This document shows positions 44,752 through 53,298 of a DNA stretch of 64,000 nt, piece by piece. This DNA comes from Planctomycetota bacterium (lineage in GTDB: Bacteria; Planctomycetota; Phycisphaerae; Phycisphaerales; SM1A02), in assembly GCA_041183345.1 (NCBI GenBank), contig JBEGLX010000001.1:19274-83273 (forward strand), written 5' to 3'. The notes under the pieces are model-generated. The model was not told the DNA's origin and did not search any database. It saw only the letters and a list, made by a program, of their open reading frames with translations. Positions within the stretch are counted from its first letter, which is position 1. Every line of letters starts with the position of its first letter. Made by a program: the position numbers and the translations under genes.

Positions 44752-45693
44752 TCACGTCGGGTTGGAACCGTCGACGAGCTTTTCGGGAGCCTCGGCGTAG
44801 GTCGTCGCGTTGGGCGCGCCGATGCCGATGCACATCCACGAGTCGCCGCCCGTCGAGGCGCCAGCGGCGCACGACGAGAACTCCTGCCACGCGTAGATGT
44901 TGTCCTTCTTCAGGTTGATGCTGCCGCACTCGTACTGCACGTTGTCGGGGACGACGCTGCGCTCGAGGTTGACGTGGTTGTCACCGAAGCAGATGTTGCC
45001 TTCCCAGGTGTCGTCCGGCGCGTGGAACGCAAGGGTGTAGCTCTTGCGGTAGTTGTCGCCCGAGAACGCGCCCTTGAAGGTGCCGCGGTTGCCGATCATC
45101 GCCTTGGTGCCGTCGGCCTTGTTCGACCAGTTGAACTTCTTGCGCTCGCCGTGGAGGGCGAGGTGCGCGTAGGAGGTGTGGCACACCGAGGTGGCCTGGC
45201 CGTCCGCCGCGCGGAAGATGTTCGCGAGGTGGTTCGGATCCCAGAAGGTCGGCGTCGCGGCCGAGGGGTTGTAGGCGTTGCGGTTGTAGTTATCGTGCTT
45301 GCGGACGACGGGGTTCGTCTCGACCGGCGAGATGAGGACTTCAACGGTCACGAACTCCTTGGCCACCATCGACGAGTAGAGGTTCGCGGTGTTGTTCCTC
45401 GCGAGATCCTCTTCGCCCTGGCCGGGAACGAACACGGCGGCGCCGTTCGGGCCCGCGCCGGGGACCTGCTTGCGCGCGATAAGGCCAGGGATCGGCAAGC
45501 GGCCGCGGTCATCCTGGTTCGCCCAGGTGAGGAAGCCCTTGTGGATCTGGCTGATGTTGGCTGAGTCCTGCAGCGTCTTCGCGGTTCGCTGCGCCTTGCT
45601 CAGGGCCGGCAGAAGCAGGCCGATGAGGAGCGCAATGATCGCGACGACAACGAGCAGCTCGACGAGGGTGAACCCGTTTTGCTTACGCTTCAT
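44752..45693 (-). CDS. Prepilin-type N-terminal methylation-domain protein, DUF1559-like (paralog of 43829..44686)
   Basis: MKRKQNG/FTLVELLVVVAIIALLIGLLLPALSKAQ... C-terminal WEGNICFGDNHVNL. AGGAG lies 9 nt upstream of the ATG. Confidence 0.8.
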   Translation of the reverse strand: MKRKQNGFTLVELLVVVAIIALLIGLLLPALSKAQRTAKTLQDSANISQIHKGFLTWANQDDRGRLPIPGLIARKQVPGAGPNGAAVFVPGQGEEDLARNNTANLYSSMVAKEFVTVEVLISPVETNPVVRKHDNYNRNAYNPSAATPTFWDPNHLANIFRAADGQATSVCHTSYAHLALHGERKKFNWSNKADGTKAMIGNRGTFKGAFSGDNYRKSYTLAFHAPDDTWEGNICFGDNHVNLERSVVPDNVQYECGSINLKKDNIYAWQEFSSCAAGASTGGDSWMCIGIGAPNATTYAEAPEKLVDGSNPT

Positions 45694-46230
45694 GGTCTCG
45701 AACTCCTAACTAGGGAAGCCATGGTCCGCATGGACTTCCGGGGGTGCTTGGGCTCTTGTGGGTCGCTTTGACCCGTATGGGAGCCCTTGGGTGAATGAAC
45801 CGGCGTTGAATCACAGACGCCGATGACGTTGGCAGGGGAGCGGACGGAAAGGATGGTTGAGGATCCTTCGGTTTGCCTTGCGATCCATGACCTTCCGGAG
45901 TGGCCTACGCAACAGCACGGCAAATCCGCGCTGGCGGAAGCCTGTCCCGAGACCTCGAAACCGAGGCAGCGGAGGGGATGAACTCCTTCGGGAGACCTTT
46001 TCCACCCCACGCGGAGCGCAGGATCGGGAAGGCCGTGGCTGGTTGCATGCGTCGCGTCTGCTTGTGCAGGCGCGGGAGCGCAGGCGGGTCGGGTTGTCGG
46101 CGGTTGCGGCTGGAAAGCGTCGGGTGGCCGACAATCGAATGAAGGACGGTGTGAAGAGGAGCCGGAAGAATGGTGGCTCGACCTCGATATGTGCCGCAAC
46201 CGTCAGTGTTGCTCGCGCAGGGTAATACGA

Positions 46231-46316
46231 GGGGGCGGGGTGTCAAGTTCCCGTTCAGGCCCAAAAGGTGATTCGGTTCATTTGGACTTGCACGGTCGTA
46301 TGGGCACCCCGCCCCC
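46231..46316. other. Long-range perfect 12-bp GC stem inside an 815-bp non-coding region
   Basis: GGGGGCGGGGTG (46231-46242) pairs with CACCCCGCCCCC (46305-46316), enclosing 62 nt. Strand and function are unknown. Confidence 0.5.
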
Positions 46317-46508
46317 CACTCATGAAGACAGGAGGGGCGGTCCGACGGGGGCTGAAGCCACCCGGAAGACGGAAGTCCATGATCGATCGGGCGTTGAGAT
46401 TCGGCGTCGGTGGACAGCGGTGCATGGAAGGCTCCGTCTGCTCCCTCGGGACGCGCGGTCGGCGCGGGTGTGAGGGGTCGGAGGCAAATTCTGTAGATTG
46501 CGCGTCCC

Positions 46509-46985
46509 ATGTCGAACCCCCACGAAGCGCTCGCCCGCCTTGGCCTGACCCTGCCCGCCGCTCCGAAGCCTGTGGCCGCCTACGTGCCTGCGGTGCGGAC
46601 GGGCAACCTGATCATCGTGTCGGGGCAGCTCCCGATGTCGAACGGCGCGCTCCTGGCGACGGGACCGGTGCCATCGAAGGTCTCTGTGGAGGGCGCCCAG
46701 AAGGCCGCGAAGCAGTGCGCCCTGAATGCGCTCGCGGTGGTGGCCGACCAGCTCGGCGGGGATCTCTCGAAGGTGAAGCGCATCGTGCGCCTCGGCGTGT
46801 TCGTCCAGTCGGACGACCGCTTCGACGGTCAGCCGAAGGTCGCCAACGGCGCCAGCGAGTTCATGCAGGAGGTCTTTGGCGAGGCTGGACGCCATGCCCG
46901 CGCCGCCGTCGGCACCAACGCGCTTCCCCTCGACGCAACCGTCGAGGTGGAGGTGATGGTCGAAGTGATGGTCGACGTGGCGTGA
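46509..46985 (+). CDS. ridA: RidA/YjgF-family enamine/imine deaminase-like protein
   Basis: 158 aa: AYVPAVRTGNLIIVSGQLP...VKRIVRLGVFV...ARAAVGTNALPLDATVEVEV. Confidence 0.8.
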   Translation: MSNPHEALARLGLTLPAAPKPVAAYVPAVRTGNLIIVSGQLPMSNGALLATGPVPSKVSVEGAQKAAKQCALNALAVVADQLGGDLSKVKRIVRLGVFVQSDDRFDGQPKVANGASEFMQEVFGEAGRHARAAVGTNALPLDATVEVEVMVEVMVDVA

Positions 46986-47000
46986 GCGGGAGCGGTCGCG

Positions 47001-48419
47001 TTACTTAAGCACGAGCGCCGCGATCAATGCAACGTTTCCGATCACGCTGAGCGCCAGCAGCGCGACCAGCGTCAGCACCACGGGGTTCGAGAAGATCCCG
47101 CCGGTCTCCTTGCGGACGATCTCCACGGGCTCCTGCGCGTTCACCGCTGTCGTGATGGAGGCGATGTCGACGGCGGGCTTGGCGAACGCAGGCTCTTGCC
47201 CAGCGAGGACGAGGTCGATGTCCTTGATCAGGTCGCGCGCGTTGCGGTAGCGGTCGCGCACGTCCTTCGCGAGCATCGTCTCGATGATGAGCGCGGTGCC
47301 GGCGGAGATCTGCGGATTCACATGGTCAGGCGGAACGAGCGGCTGGCGCAGGTGCTTCTGCATGACCTCGCTCTGCGACTTCGCCTCATAGGGGACCTTG
47401 CCGGTCACCATGTGATAGAAGGTCGCGCCGAGACCGTAGATGTCGGCCGGCGGGCCGATGTCGACCTTGCCCTGGATCTGCTCGGGGGAGATGTAGAAGG
47501 GTGTGCCGTAGGCGCGGCCCGCCTCCATCTCGGCGAGCTCGCGGTCGGACATCATGCGCGCGAGCCCGAGATCGGCGAGCTTCGCGACGCCCGACCGCGT
47601 CATCATGATGTTGCGCGGCTTGATGTCGCGGTGGACGAAGCCGCGCTCGTGCGCATGCTCGAGCGCGGACGCCACCTGGCGGATGATCTCGAGCGCCTCC
47701 CGCTCTGGCAGCCGCTTGCGGGCGGCGATGCGGTCGTACACCGTGTCGCCGTCGACGTACTCCATCACGAAGTAGTGGAGACCACCGACCTCGCCGATCT
47801 CGTACGCGGCGACGATGTTGTTGTGGCTCAGGCTGGCGGCGGCGCGGCCTTCCTTCTGGAAGCGCGCGATGAAGTTCGCGCTCTGGCTCGAGTGCCGCGG
47901 AAGGACCTTGACGGCGACCAGGCGGTCGAGCGAGATCTGCCGCGCGAGGTAGACCTTGGCCATCGCGCCCTGTCCAAGCTTGCGGAGGATCTGGTAGCCG
48001 GGGATCTTGGCGGTCGCCTTCGCGGCGTCGCCCTCGGTGCGCGCCTTCTCGATCTGCTCCGCGCTGGCAAGGCGGCGCTCGATCAGGAGGTCGGGGAGGG
48101 TGGTCGGGCGAGACTGCTCGGATCGGGCACGGAGCTCGCGCAGGCACTCGTCGAGCGCTGCCTGGTTGATCACGCCACGTTCCACGAGCACCCGCCCGAG
48201 CGTCGTGTCGGACGCCGTGCCGGAGCGAGACGAGTCACCCGCTGCGATGGACGGCATGCCGCCGGAAAGCGAACCACCGCCGGTTCCTTCCCGTGCGCCG
48301 GAGGAATCGGTCGTGTCGTTGGTGCGCTGCGGGTCGGGCGCGTCTGGCAACCGGGGAGCCTCGGAGGTAGCTGTCTGAAGGGGCTGACGATGTATCGGAA
48401 CGGCTTCGGACCGAGTCAA
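47001..48419 (-). CDS. Ser/Thr protein kinase with an N-terminal MshEN/T2SSE_N-like motif and a C-terminal TM anchor
   Basis: Hanks kinase motifs (LGQGAMAKVYLA, VAVK, HRDIKPRNIM, DLG, GTPFYISPE). C-terminal TM segment VVLTLVALLALSVIGNVALIAALVL. The TTG at 48419 has no convincing SD, so the start is uncertain. Confidence 0.8.
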   Translation of the reverse strand: MTRSEAVPIHRQPLQTATSEAPRLPDAPDPQRTNDTTDSSGAREGTGGGSLSGGMPSIAAGDSSRSGTASDTTLGRVLVERGVINQAALDECLRELRARSEQSRPTTLPDLLIERRLASAEQIEKARTEGDAAKATAKIPGYQILRKLGQGAMAKVYLARQISLDRLVAVKVLPRHSSQSANFIARFQKEGRAAASLSHNNIVAAYEIGEVGGLHYFVMEYVDGDTVYDRIAARKRLPEREALEIIRQVASALEHAHERGFVHRDIKPRNIMMTRSGVAKLADLGLARMMSDRELAEMEAGRAYGTPFYISPEQIQGKVDIGPPADIYGLGATFYHMVTGKVPYEAKSQSEVMQKHLRQPLVPPDHVNPQISAGTALIIETMLAKDVRDRYRNARDLIKDIDLVLAGQEPAFAKPAVDIASITTAVNAQEPVEIVRKETGGIFSNPVVLTLVALLALSVIGNVALIAALVLK

Positions 48420-48462
48420 GGAGATTCACCCAACGCGAACGGATTGTCAAACCGCTCCAAAC

Positions 48463-49170
48463 ATGTCCCTACGCGATTACGGGGCGCGAGGCTTCAGGCA
48501 GGCTCGGCGAAACCGCGCAAAGGCGTATTCTGCGTCCGTGAACAGAGCCTCGGACGAGTCCGCAGGGCGCCCTCGGCGCCGCGTGGTGCTGGCGAGCGGA
48601 TCGCCGCGGCGCCGTTCGCTGCTTGCAGAGGCGGGTATTCCAGCGGACGTCGAGCCCGCGGATATCGATGACGCCTCGATACAGCTCGGTGCGATCGATG
48701 CCGAGCTCGTGGCGCCCGCCCTCGCCTATTTCAAGGCGCAGCGCGTGGCCGAGCGGCGCGCGGCGCGAGGCGCAGAGCCTGCCTGGATCCTCGCCGCCGA
48801 CACCGTGTGCGAGCGCGATGGGGCGGTGCTTGGCAAGCCTGCCGATCTCGAGGAGGCCCGCGCGATGATCGGGTCGCTCGCGGGTCGCGGGCACGGCGTC
48901 ATCACGGGCTGGTGCCTGCTTGGACCTGATGGCTCGCGCCGCATCGGTCGCGATGTGGCGTGGATCGAGATCGGCGAACTGCCGGGCGAGGACTTCGAGC
49001 GCTTCCTCGCAGAGGGACTCTGGAAGGGAAAGGCAGGCGGGTACAACCTCCCCGAGGTCATCGCCCGCGGCTGGCCCGTGCGCTGCGTGGGCGATCCGCA
49101 GACAGTGATCGGGCTGCCCATCGATCGCCTCGCTCCGATGCTGCGCGAGGCGCTCGGAGGTGACGCGTGA
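48463..49170 (+). CDS. maf: Maf-like nucleoside triphosphate pyrophosphatase
   Basis: VVLASGSPRRRSLLAEAGI...ILAADTV...GKP...A...GYN pattern. The start is uncertain: ATG at 48463, or the in-frame GTG at 48538. Confidence 0.8.
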   Translation: MSLRDYGARGFRQARRNRAKAYSASVNRASDESAGRPRRRVVLASGSPRRRSLLAEAGIPADVEPADIDDASIQLGAIDAELVAPALAYFKAQRVAERRAARGAEPAWILAADTVCERDGAVLGKPADLEEARAMIGSLAGRGHGVITGWCLLGPDGSRRIGRDVAWIEIGELPGEDFERFLAEGLWKGKAGGYNLPEVIARGWPVRCVGDPQTVIGLPIDRLAPMLREALGGDA

Positions 49171-49595
49171 CCGTGCTTGGCCCTGCAGCGTTCGTCGATC
49201 CCGCCCTCGAGGGGCGTGACCTTGGACCGTGGTTCATGGTGCCGTGGTGGATCACCGTGCCCGTCGCGTGCGCCGTCGGCGCCGTGGCGGTGTGGTACTT
49301 CATCCGGCTCGGGCGACCAGACGTGCCGCGCGAGCGGCGCTGGGTGCGGCGGATCTCGCTCGTCCTGGTCATCGCGGCGCTGATTCCCCTCGTCCGCGGA
49401 CTGACCTTCGCGCATCCCCACGAGGACCGATCGGCGTTCGCTGTGGCGTGGGCGATGGTCCTGATGCTCGTCCTCTCGAGCCTGGTGCTCGCCATCGTCG
49501 ACGTGATGCTGACGGCACGGCGCGGATTGCAGGATTACCGCGATCTGCGCCGCGAGACGCTGGGCGGCAAGCGGAAGGATGGCGCCGGTGGCTGA
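49167..49595 (+). CDS. Small integral membrane protein, unknown function
   Basis: 142 aa. The GTG overlaps the maf stop (GTGA). Three hydrophobic helices. The 3' end overlaps the lpxK start. Confidence 0.5.
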   Translation: MTVLGPAAFVDPALEGRDLGPWFMVPWWITVPVACAVGAVAVWYFIRLGRPDVPRERRWVRRISLVLVIAALIPLVRGLTFAHPHEDRSAFAVAWAMVLMLVLSSLVLAIVDVMLTARRGLQDYRDLRRETLGGKRKDGAGG

Positions 49596-50661
49596 CGCGC
49601 ATGGACCGCTGCCGACGTGGCTCGCGCCGGTCACGTGGCCGATGGCGCGGCTCTACGGCGTCGGCGTCGCGTGGCGGAACGCGCGGTTCGACCGCTGCGT
49701 CGGCGTGCAGCGCCTCGCTGGCGTGCCCGTCATCTCGGTCGGCAACCTGACTGCTGGCGGAACGGGGAAGAGCCCGTTCGTCGCCTGGTGCGCGCGCATG
49801 CTCGGCGAGAGAGGCGCGCAGCCGGTGATCGCCATGCGTGGATACCGCGCGCAGGGCGCGGATGCGGCGGCGACGTCGGACGAGGCGCGCGAATACGCGC
49901 ACACTGCTCCGCAGGCTCAGCTTGTGGTCGGTCCGAGGCGATTCGAGGCGCTTTCACGCGCATTCCAAGGGTGGCGCGCGGAGCCGGCGTTCGCGCGCGC
50001 GATGGTGATCCTTGACGACGGATTCCAGCATCGGCAGCTCGCGCGCGCGCTCGACATCGTGCTCGTCGACGCATCGCGCCCGGGCCTCGACGGCGATCTG
50101 CTTCCGAACGGCTGGCTGCGAGAGCCTGCGAGGAACATCGCTCGCGCAGACCTGGTCGTGGTCACCAAGGCGCACGATGCGGAGGCGCTTGCACGAACCG
50201 TGGCGCTCGTGGAGCGCGTCCGCGGGCGTGCTCCGGACGCCGTGTGCGACCACGCGTGGAGCGCGCTCGCCGTGCATGAGCAAGGTGCGGAGCGAACGGA
50301 GCGCGTCGAGTGGCTCGCGGGCAAGCGCGTGCTCAGCGCTTGCGCGCTCGGGAACCCAGGCCATTTCCATGCGATGGTGGAGCGCGCCTCGGGCGTCGCG
50401 CCCGCGACGATCGAGCGCCGCGATCATGCGGCGATGCGTGCGGATGAACTTGAGTCTGCCGCCGCGCGGGCGGGCGCAGCGGCCGTGATCGTGTCGCGCA
50501 AGGACTTCGTGAAGCTCGATCGGCCGCCGCGTCTTGCCTTGGCCGTGCCTGAGCTGGGCGTGCGCTTCCTGAGCGGAGAGTCGCGGGTGGTGGACGCGAT
50601 CCTGGACGCGCTTACGGACGCAGCGACTCGACGGTCCGCGTCGACAAGCGATAGTCGTTGA
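49579..50661 (+). CDS. lpxK: Tetraacyldisaccharide 4'-kinase
   Basis: PVISVGNLTAGGTGKSPFVAWCARML (P-loop context typical of LpxK), ILDDGFQH, LLPNGWLREP. Confidence 0.85.
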   Translation: MAPVADAHGPLPTWLAPVTWPMARLYGVGVAWRNARFDRCVGVQRLAGVPVISVGNLTAGGTGKSPFVAWCARMLGERGAQPVIAMRGYRAQGADAAATSDEAREYAHTAPQAQLVVGPRRFEALSRAFQGWRAEPAFARAMVILDDGFQHRQLARALDIVLVDASRPGLDGDLLPNGWLREPARNIARADLVVVTKAHDAEALARTVALVERVRGRAPDAVCDHAWSALAVHEQGAERTERVEWLAGKRVLSACALGNPGHFHAMVERASGVAPATIERRDHAAMRADELESAAARAGAAAVIVSRKDFVKLDRPPRLALAVPELGVRFLSGESRVVDAILDALTDAATRRSASTSDSR

Positions 50662-50917
50662 AGGGTCGTCCGTCGATCACGCGCTGGCGGTCGAAGCTCG
50701 CGGCCGTGGCGCGGATGATGGTCCGGTTGAGTTGGGTGCGGCCGAGCCCCAGGCGGTCATCGTTGCGGCCGGCGGCGGTCCCGAGGTCGAGTTCACCCGA
50801 CCGCACCAGCGAGTCCATCGGAAGGGCGCGCTTGGGCACGGTGGCGGCGCACCCGAACAGCCACAGGGCAGGGGCGCAGAGGCTCAGGATGGCGATGCTC
50901 TTCTTTGAAATGACCAC
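50612..50917 (-). CDS. Small lipoprotein, unknown function
   Basis: 101 aa. GTG start preceded by GGAGCGGAG. Signal peptide with lipobox LFGC. Its 3' end overlaps the lpxK 3' end by 50 nt (convergent). Confidence 0.45.
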   Translation of the reverse strand: MVISKKSIAILSLCAPALWLFGCAATVPKRALPMDSLVRSGELDLGTAAGRNDDRLGLGRTQLNRTIIRATAASFDRQRVIDGRPFNDYRLSTRTVESLRP

Positions 50918-51202
50918 GGGAAACTCCGCTCCGACCGTGACCCAGGGATGCGGCGAGGCAAATGGAAGCCCGCGGGCGGCGATCCAGGGGCGAGGAAGAC
51001 CCCGTCGTAAGTGTCAGAATCGGAGTCGGCGAAAGGCAGGAGAGTCCGAGAAATAGGTTTCGACGCAAAGTTATGCCTTTCCATGACTTCTGCAGGGAAT
51101 CGCGGGCATACTCCCTGCAACCCCCAACTGAGGCCTGGATGGCACTTGTGTCAGTTCTGTTCCTGATGCAGATCTGCGCCATCGGGCCGCTCGAGGTGTG
51201 AG

Positions 51203-51526
51203 ATGGCCACCACGACGAAGAAAGACCTTATTGAGCGTGTCGCGATGGAGACGGAGCTTTCCCGAGCTGACGTCCGTCGGGCGGTCCAGAGTTTCCTTGA
51301 TCACGTGATCGGCGAGCTCGCGCGCGGCAACCGCTTGGAGTTTCGCGACTTCGGCGTGTTCGAGATCCGCGAGCGCGCTGGTCGCGTCGCCCAGAACCCG
51401 AAGACCCTCGAGCGCGTGGCTGTGCCTCCGCGCAAGAGCGTGCGCTTCAAGGTCGGGCGCCTCATGCAGCAGTCGCTCGACGACGGGACCGTCGTCATCC
51501 AGCGCAGCAAGTCGGACGACGAGTAA
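51203..51526 (+). CDS. HU/IHF-family DNA-binding protein
   Basis: 107 aa: TKKDLIERVAMETELSRADVRRAVQSFLDHVIGELARGNRLEFRDFGVFEIRERAGRVAQNPKT...V.VPPRKSVRFK. Confidence 0.88.
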   Translation: MATTTKKDLIERVAMETELSRADVRRAVQSFLDHVIGELARGNRLEFRDFGVFEIRERAGRVAQNPKTLERVAVPPRKSVRFKVGRLMQQSLDDGTVVIQRSKSDDE

Positions 51527-51550
51527 ACCGCTGCGGACAAACGAACCGGT

Positions 51551-51587
51551 GCGGGGCGCCCCTGACGGGCGCCCCGCATCTCTTTTT
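51551..51587 (+). terminator. Intrinsic terminator after the HU/IHF gene
   Basis: 11-bp stem GCGGGGCGCCC / GGGCGCCCCGC (51551-61 and 51567-77) with a 5-nt loop, followed by ATCTCTTTTTCC. Confidence 0.8.
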
Positions 51588-51618
51588 CCGCGTCGGTGGT
51601 TCTCGTCGGGCTGGTCCG

Positions 51619-53235
51619 ATGCGGCGGGGCTGTGGGAATCCTGACGCGCGCCGCCTCGGCTCCCGTGGCTCGGATACCCTCGGACGCGTGAGCGATTCCC
51701 TTCCCGGTGAGCAAGGTTCGACGTCCGAGAGCGGCTTCCGCTTCGGGCGCGGTGGTCGTCGAGGCCGCAGCGATGTGCAGACCGAGGCGCAGCGCCGCGA
51801 CGTCGCCGCGCTGTTCGGCGCTGAGCCACCGGTGGCGGTCGAGGCCGAGATGGGCCTGCTGGGCGCGATCATCTGGGATCCGAAGGTGATCGGCGACGTG
51901 ATCACGGTGGTGCGGAACGGCGAGGATTTCTCCTCGCCGAGGCACGCGCGCATCTACGACGCCATCGTCGAGATCTACGACCGCAACGCCACCGTCGACA
52001 TCGTGCTCCTCAACCAGCTGCTGACCGACCGCGGGCTGGTCGACGCGGTGGGCGGGCTCGACTACATCGTGCAGCTTGCCGAGGGCGTCCCCAGCGCCGC
52101 GAACGCCGTCCACTGGGCGCGGGTCGTGCGCGAGAAGGCGACGATGCGCGAGCTGATCACCGCCGCGGGCGAGATCCTCGAGGAAGTGCACACCGCGCGC
52201 AGCCCGGCGCAGAACCTCCTCGAGAGCGCGGAGCAGAAGATCTTCCGCATCGCGCAGAAGCGCGAGGGCGGCGTGGTCTCGACCGCGAGCGAGCTCGTCC
52301 ACGAGACGATGCGCATGATCGACGAGAGCGAGGGCAGCGGATTCATGGGAGTCCGCTCGGGCTACCCGCAGCTTGACGAGATGACGAACGGCCTGCAGAA
52401 GGGCGAGATGCTCATCCTCGCGGCGCGTCCGTCGATGGGCAAGACCGCGCTTGCGCTGAACCTCCTGCAGCAGATCGCGCAGAACAACGTGGCGAGCGTC
52501 ATGTTCAGCCTCGAGATGGGCAAGCAGCAGCTGATCCAGCGCATGCTGTGCGCGCTCGGCGGGATCGACGCGCAGCGGCTGCGCCGCCACATGCTGAGCA
52601 GCGACGACCATCATCGCCTGATGACCGCGTGCGGAGAGATCTCCAAGCTGCCGCTCTTCATCGACGACACGCCCGGCCTCTCGCTGCTGTCGATGCGCTC
52701 GAAGGCGCGCCGCCTGAAGGAGCGCTACGGCATCGGCTTCATCGCCATCGACTACCTGCAGCTCATGAGCTCGGGCTCGCGCGTCGAGAGCCGCCAGCTT
52801 GAGGTCAGCGAGATTTCCCGCGGAATCAAGGCGATGGCGCGCGAGCTCGACGTGCCCGTCCTCTGCCTCTCGCAGCTGAACCGCGCCGCCGAGCAGCGCG
52901 AGGGCCATCGCCCGCGCATGAGCGACCTGCGCGAGTCGGGCTCGATCGAGCAGGACGCCGACGTGGTGATGATGCTCCACCGCGAGGACTACTACCACCG
53001 CGGCGACCCGAACTGGGCGGACGAGAATCCCGATAAGGTCGGCACGGCGGAGCTCATCCTGGCGAAGCAGCGCAACGGCCCGACCGGCACCGTCGACCTG
53101 GTCTGGGATGGCTCGACGACCAGCTTCAAGAGCCGTTCGTATGCGGCGGCGCCCGAGGAGTACCGTCCGCGGAACCTGGCCGCCCCGACCCGCATGCGCG
53201 TGGTCGAGGAACCGTCGGACGACCTTCCTGTATGA
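51619..53235 (+). CDS. dnaB: Replicative DNA helicase DnaB
   Basis: AVEAEMGLLGAIIWDP..., Walker A (ARPSMGKTALALN), IDYLQLM, LSQLNR, ELILAKQRNGPTG. There is an Arg/Gly-rich N-terminal extension and the start is uncertain (the GTG at 51688 is an alternative). Confidence 0.88.
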   Translation: MRRGCGNPDARRLGSRGSDTLGRVSDSLPGEQGSTSESGFRFGRGGRRGRSDVQTEAQRRDVAALFGAEPPVAVEAEMGLLGAIIWDPKVIGDVITVVRNGEDFSSPRHARIYDAIVEIYDRNATVDIVLLNQLLTDRGLVDAVGGLDYIVQLAEGVPSAANAVHWARVVREKATMRELITAAGEILEEVHTARSPAQNLLESAEQKIFRIAQKREGGVVSTASELVHETMRMIDESEGSGFMGVRSGYPQLDEMTNGLQKGEMLILAARPSMGKTALALNLLQQIAQNNVASVMFSLEMGKQQLIQRMLCALGGIDAQRLRRHMLSSDDHHRLMTACGEISKLPLFIDDTPGLSLLSMRSKARRLKERYGIGFIAIDYLQLMSSGSRVESRQLEVSEISRGIKAMARELDVPVLCLSQLNRAAEQREGHRPRMSDLRESGSIEQDADVVMMLHREDYYHRGDPNWADENPDKVGTAELILAKQRNGPTGTVDLVWDGSTTSFKSRSYAAAPEEYRPRNLAAPTRMRVVEEPSDDLPV

Positions 53236-53298
53236 CGCGCCGCACGTGAGCGGCGGCAATGCGCCCCACAGGCGCTCGTTCACCTTGCCGGCGCGCGC

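Noticed and set aside
46360-46385. GGAAGTCC word reminiscent of the RNase P RNA GGAAAGUCCGGGC motif
   Set aside because: The surrounding sequence does not match the conserved P4 and other RNase P elements (no GAGGAAAGTCCGGGC and no ACAGAA..CGGCTTA), so I make no RNase P call.
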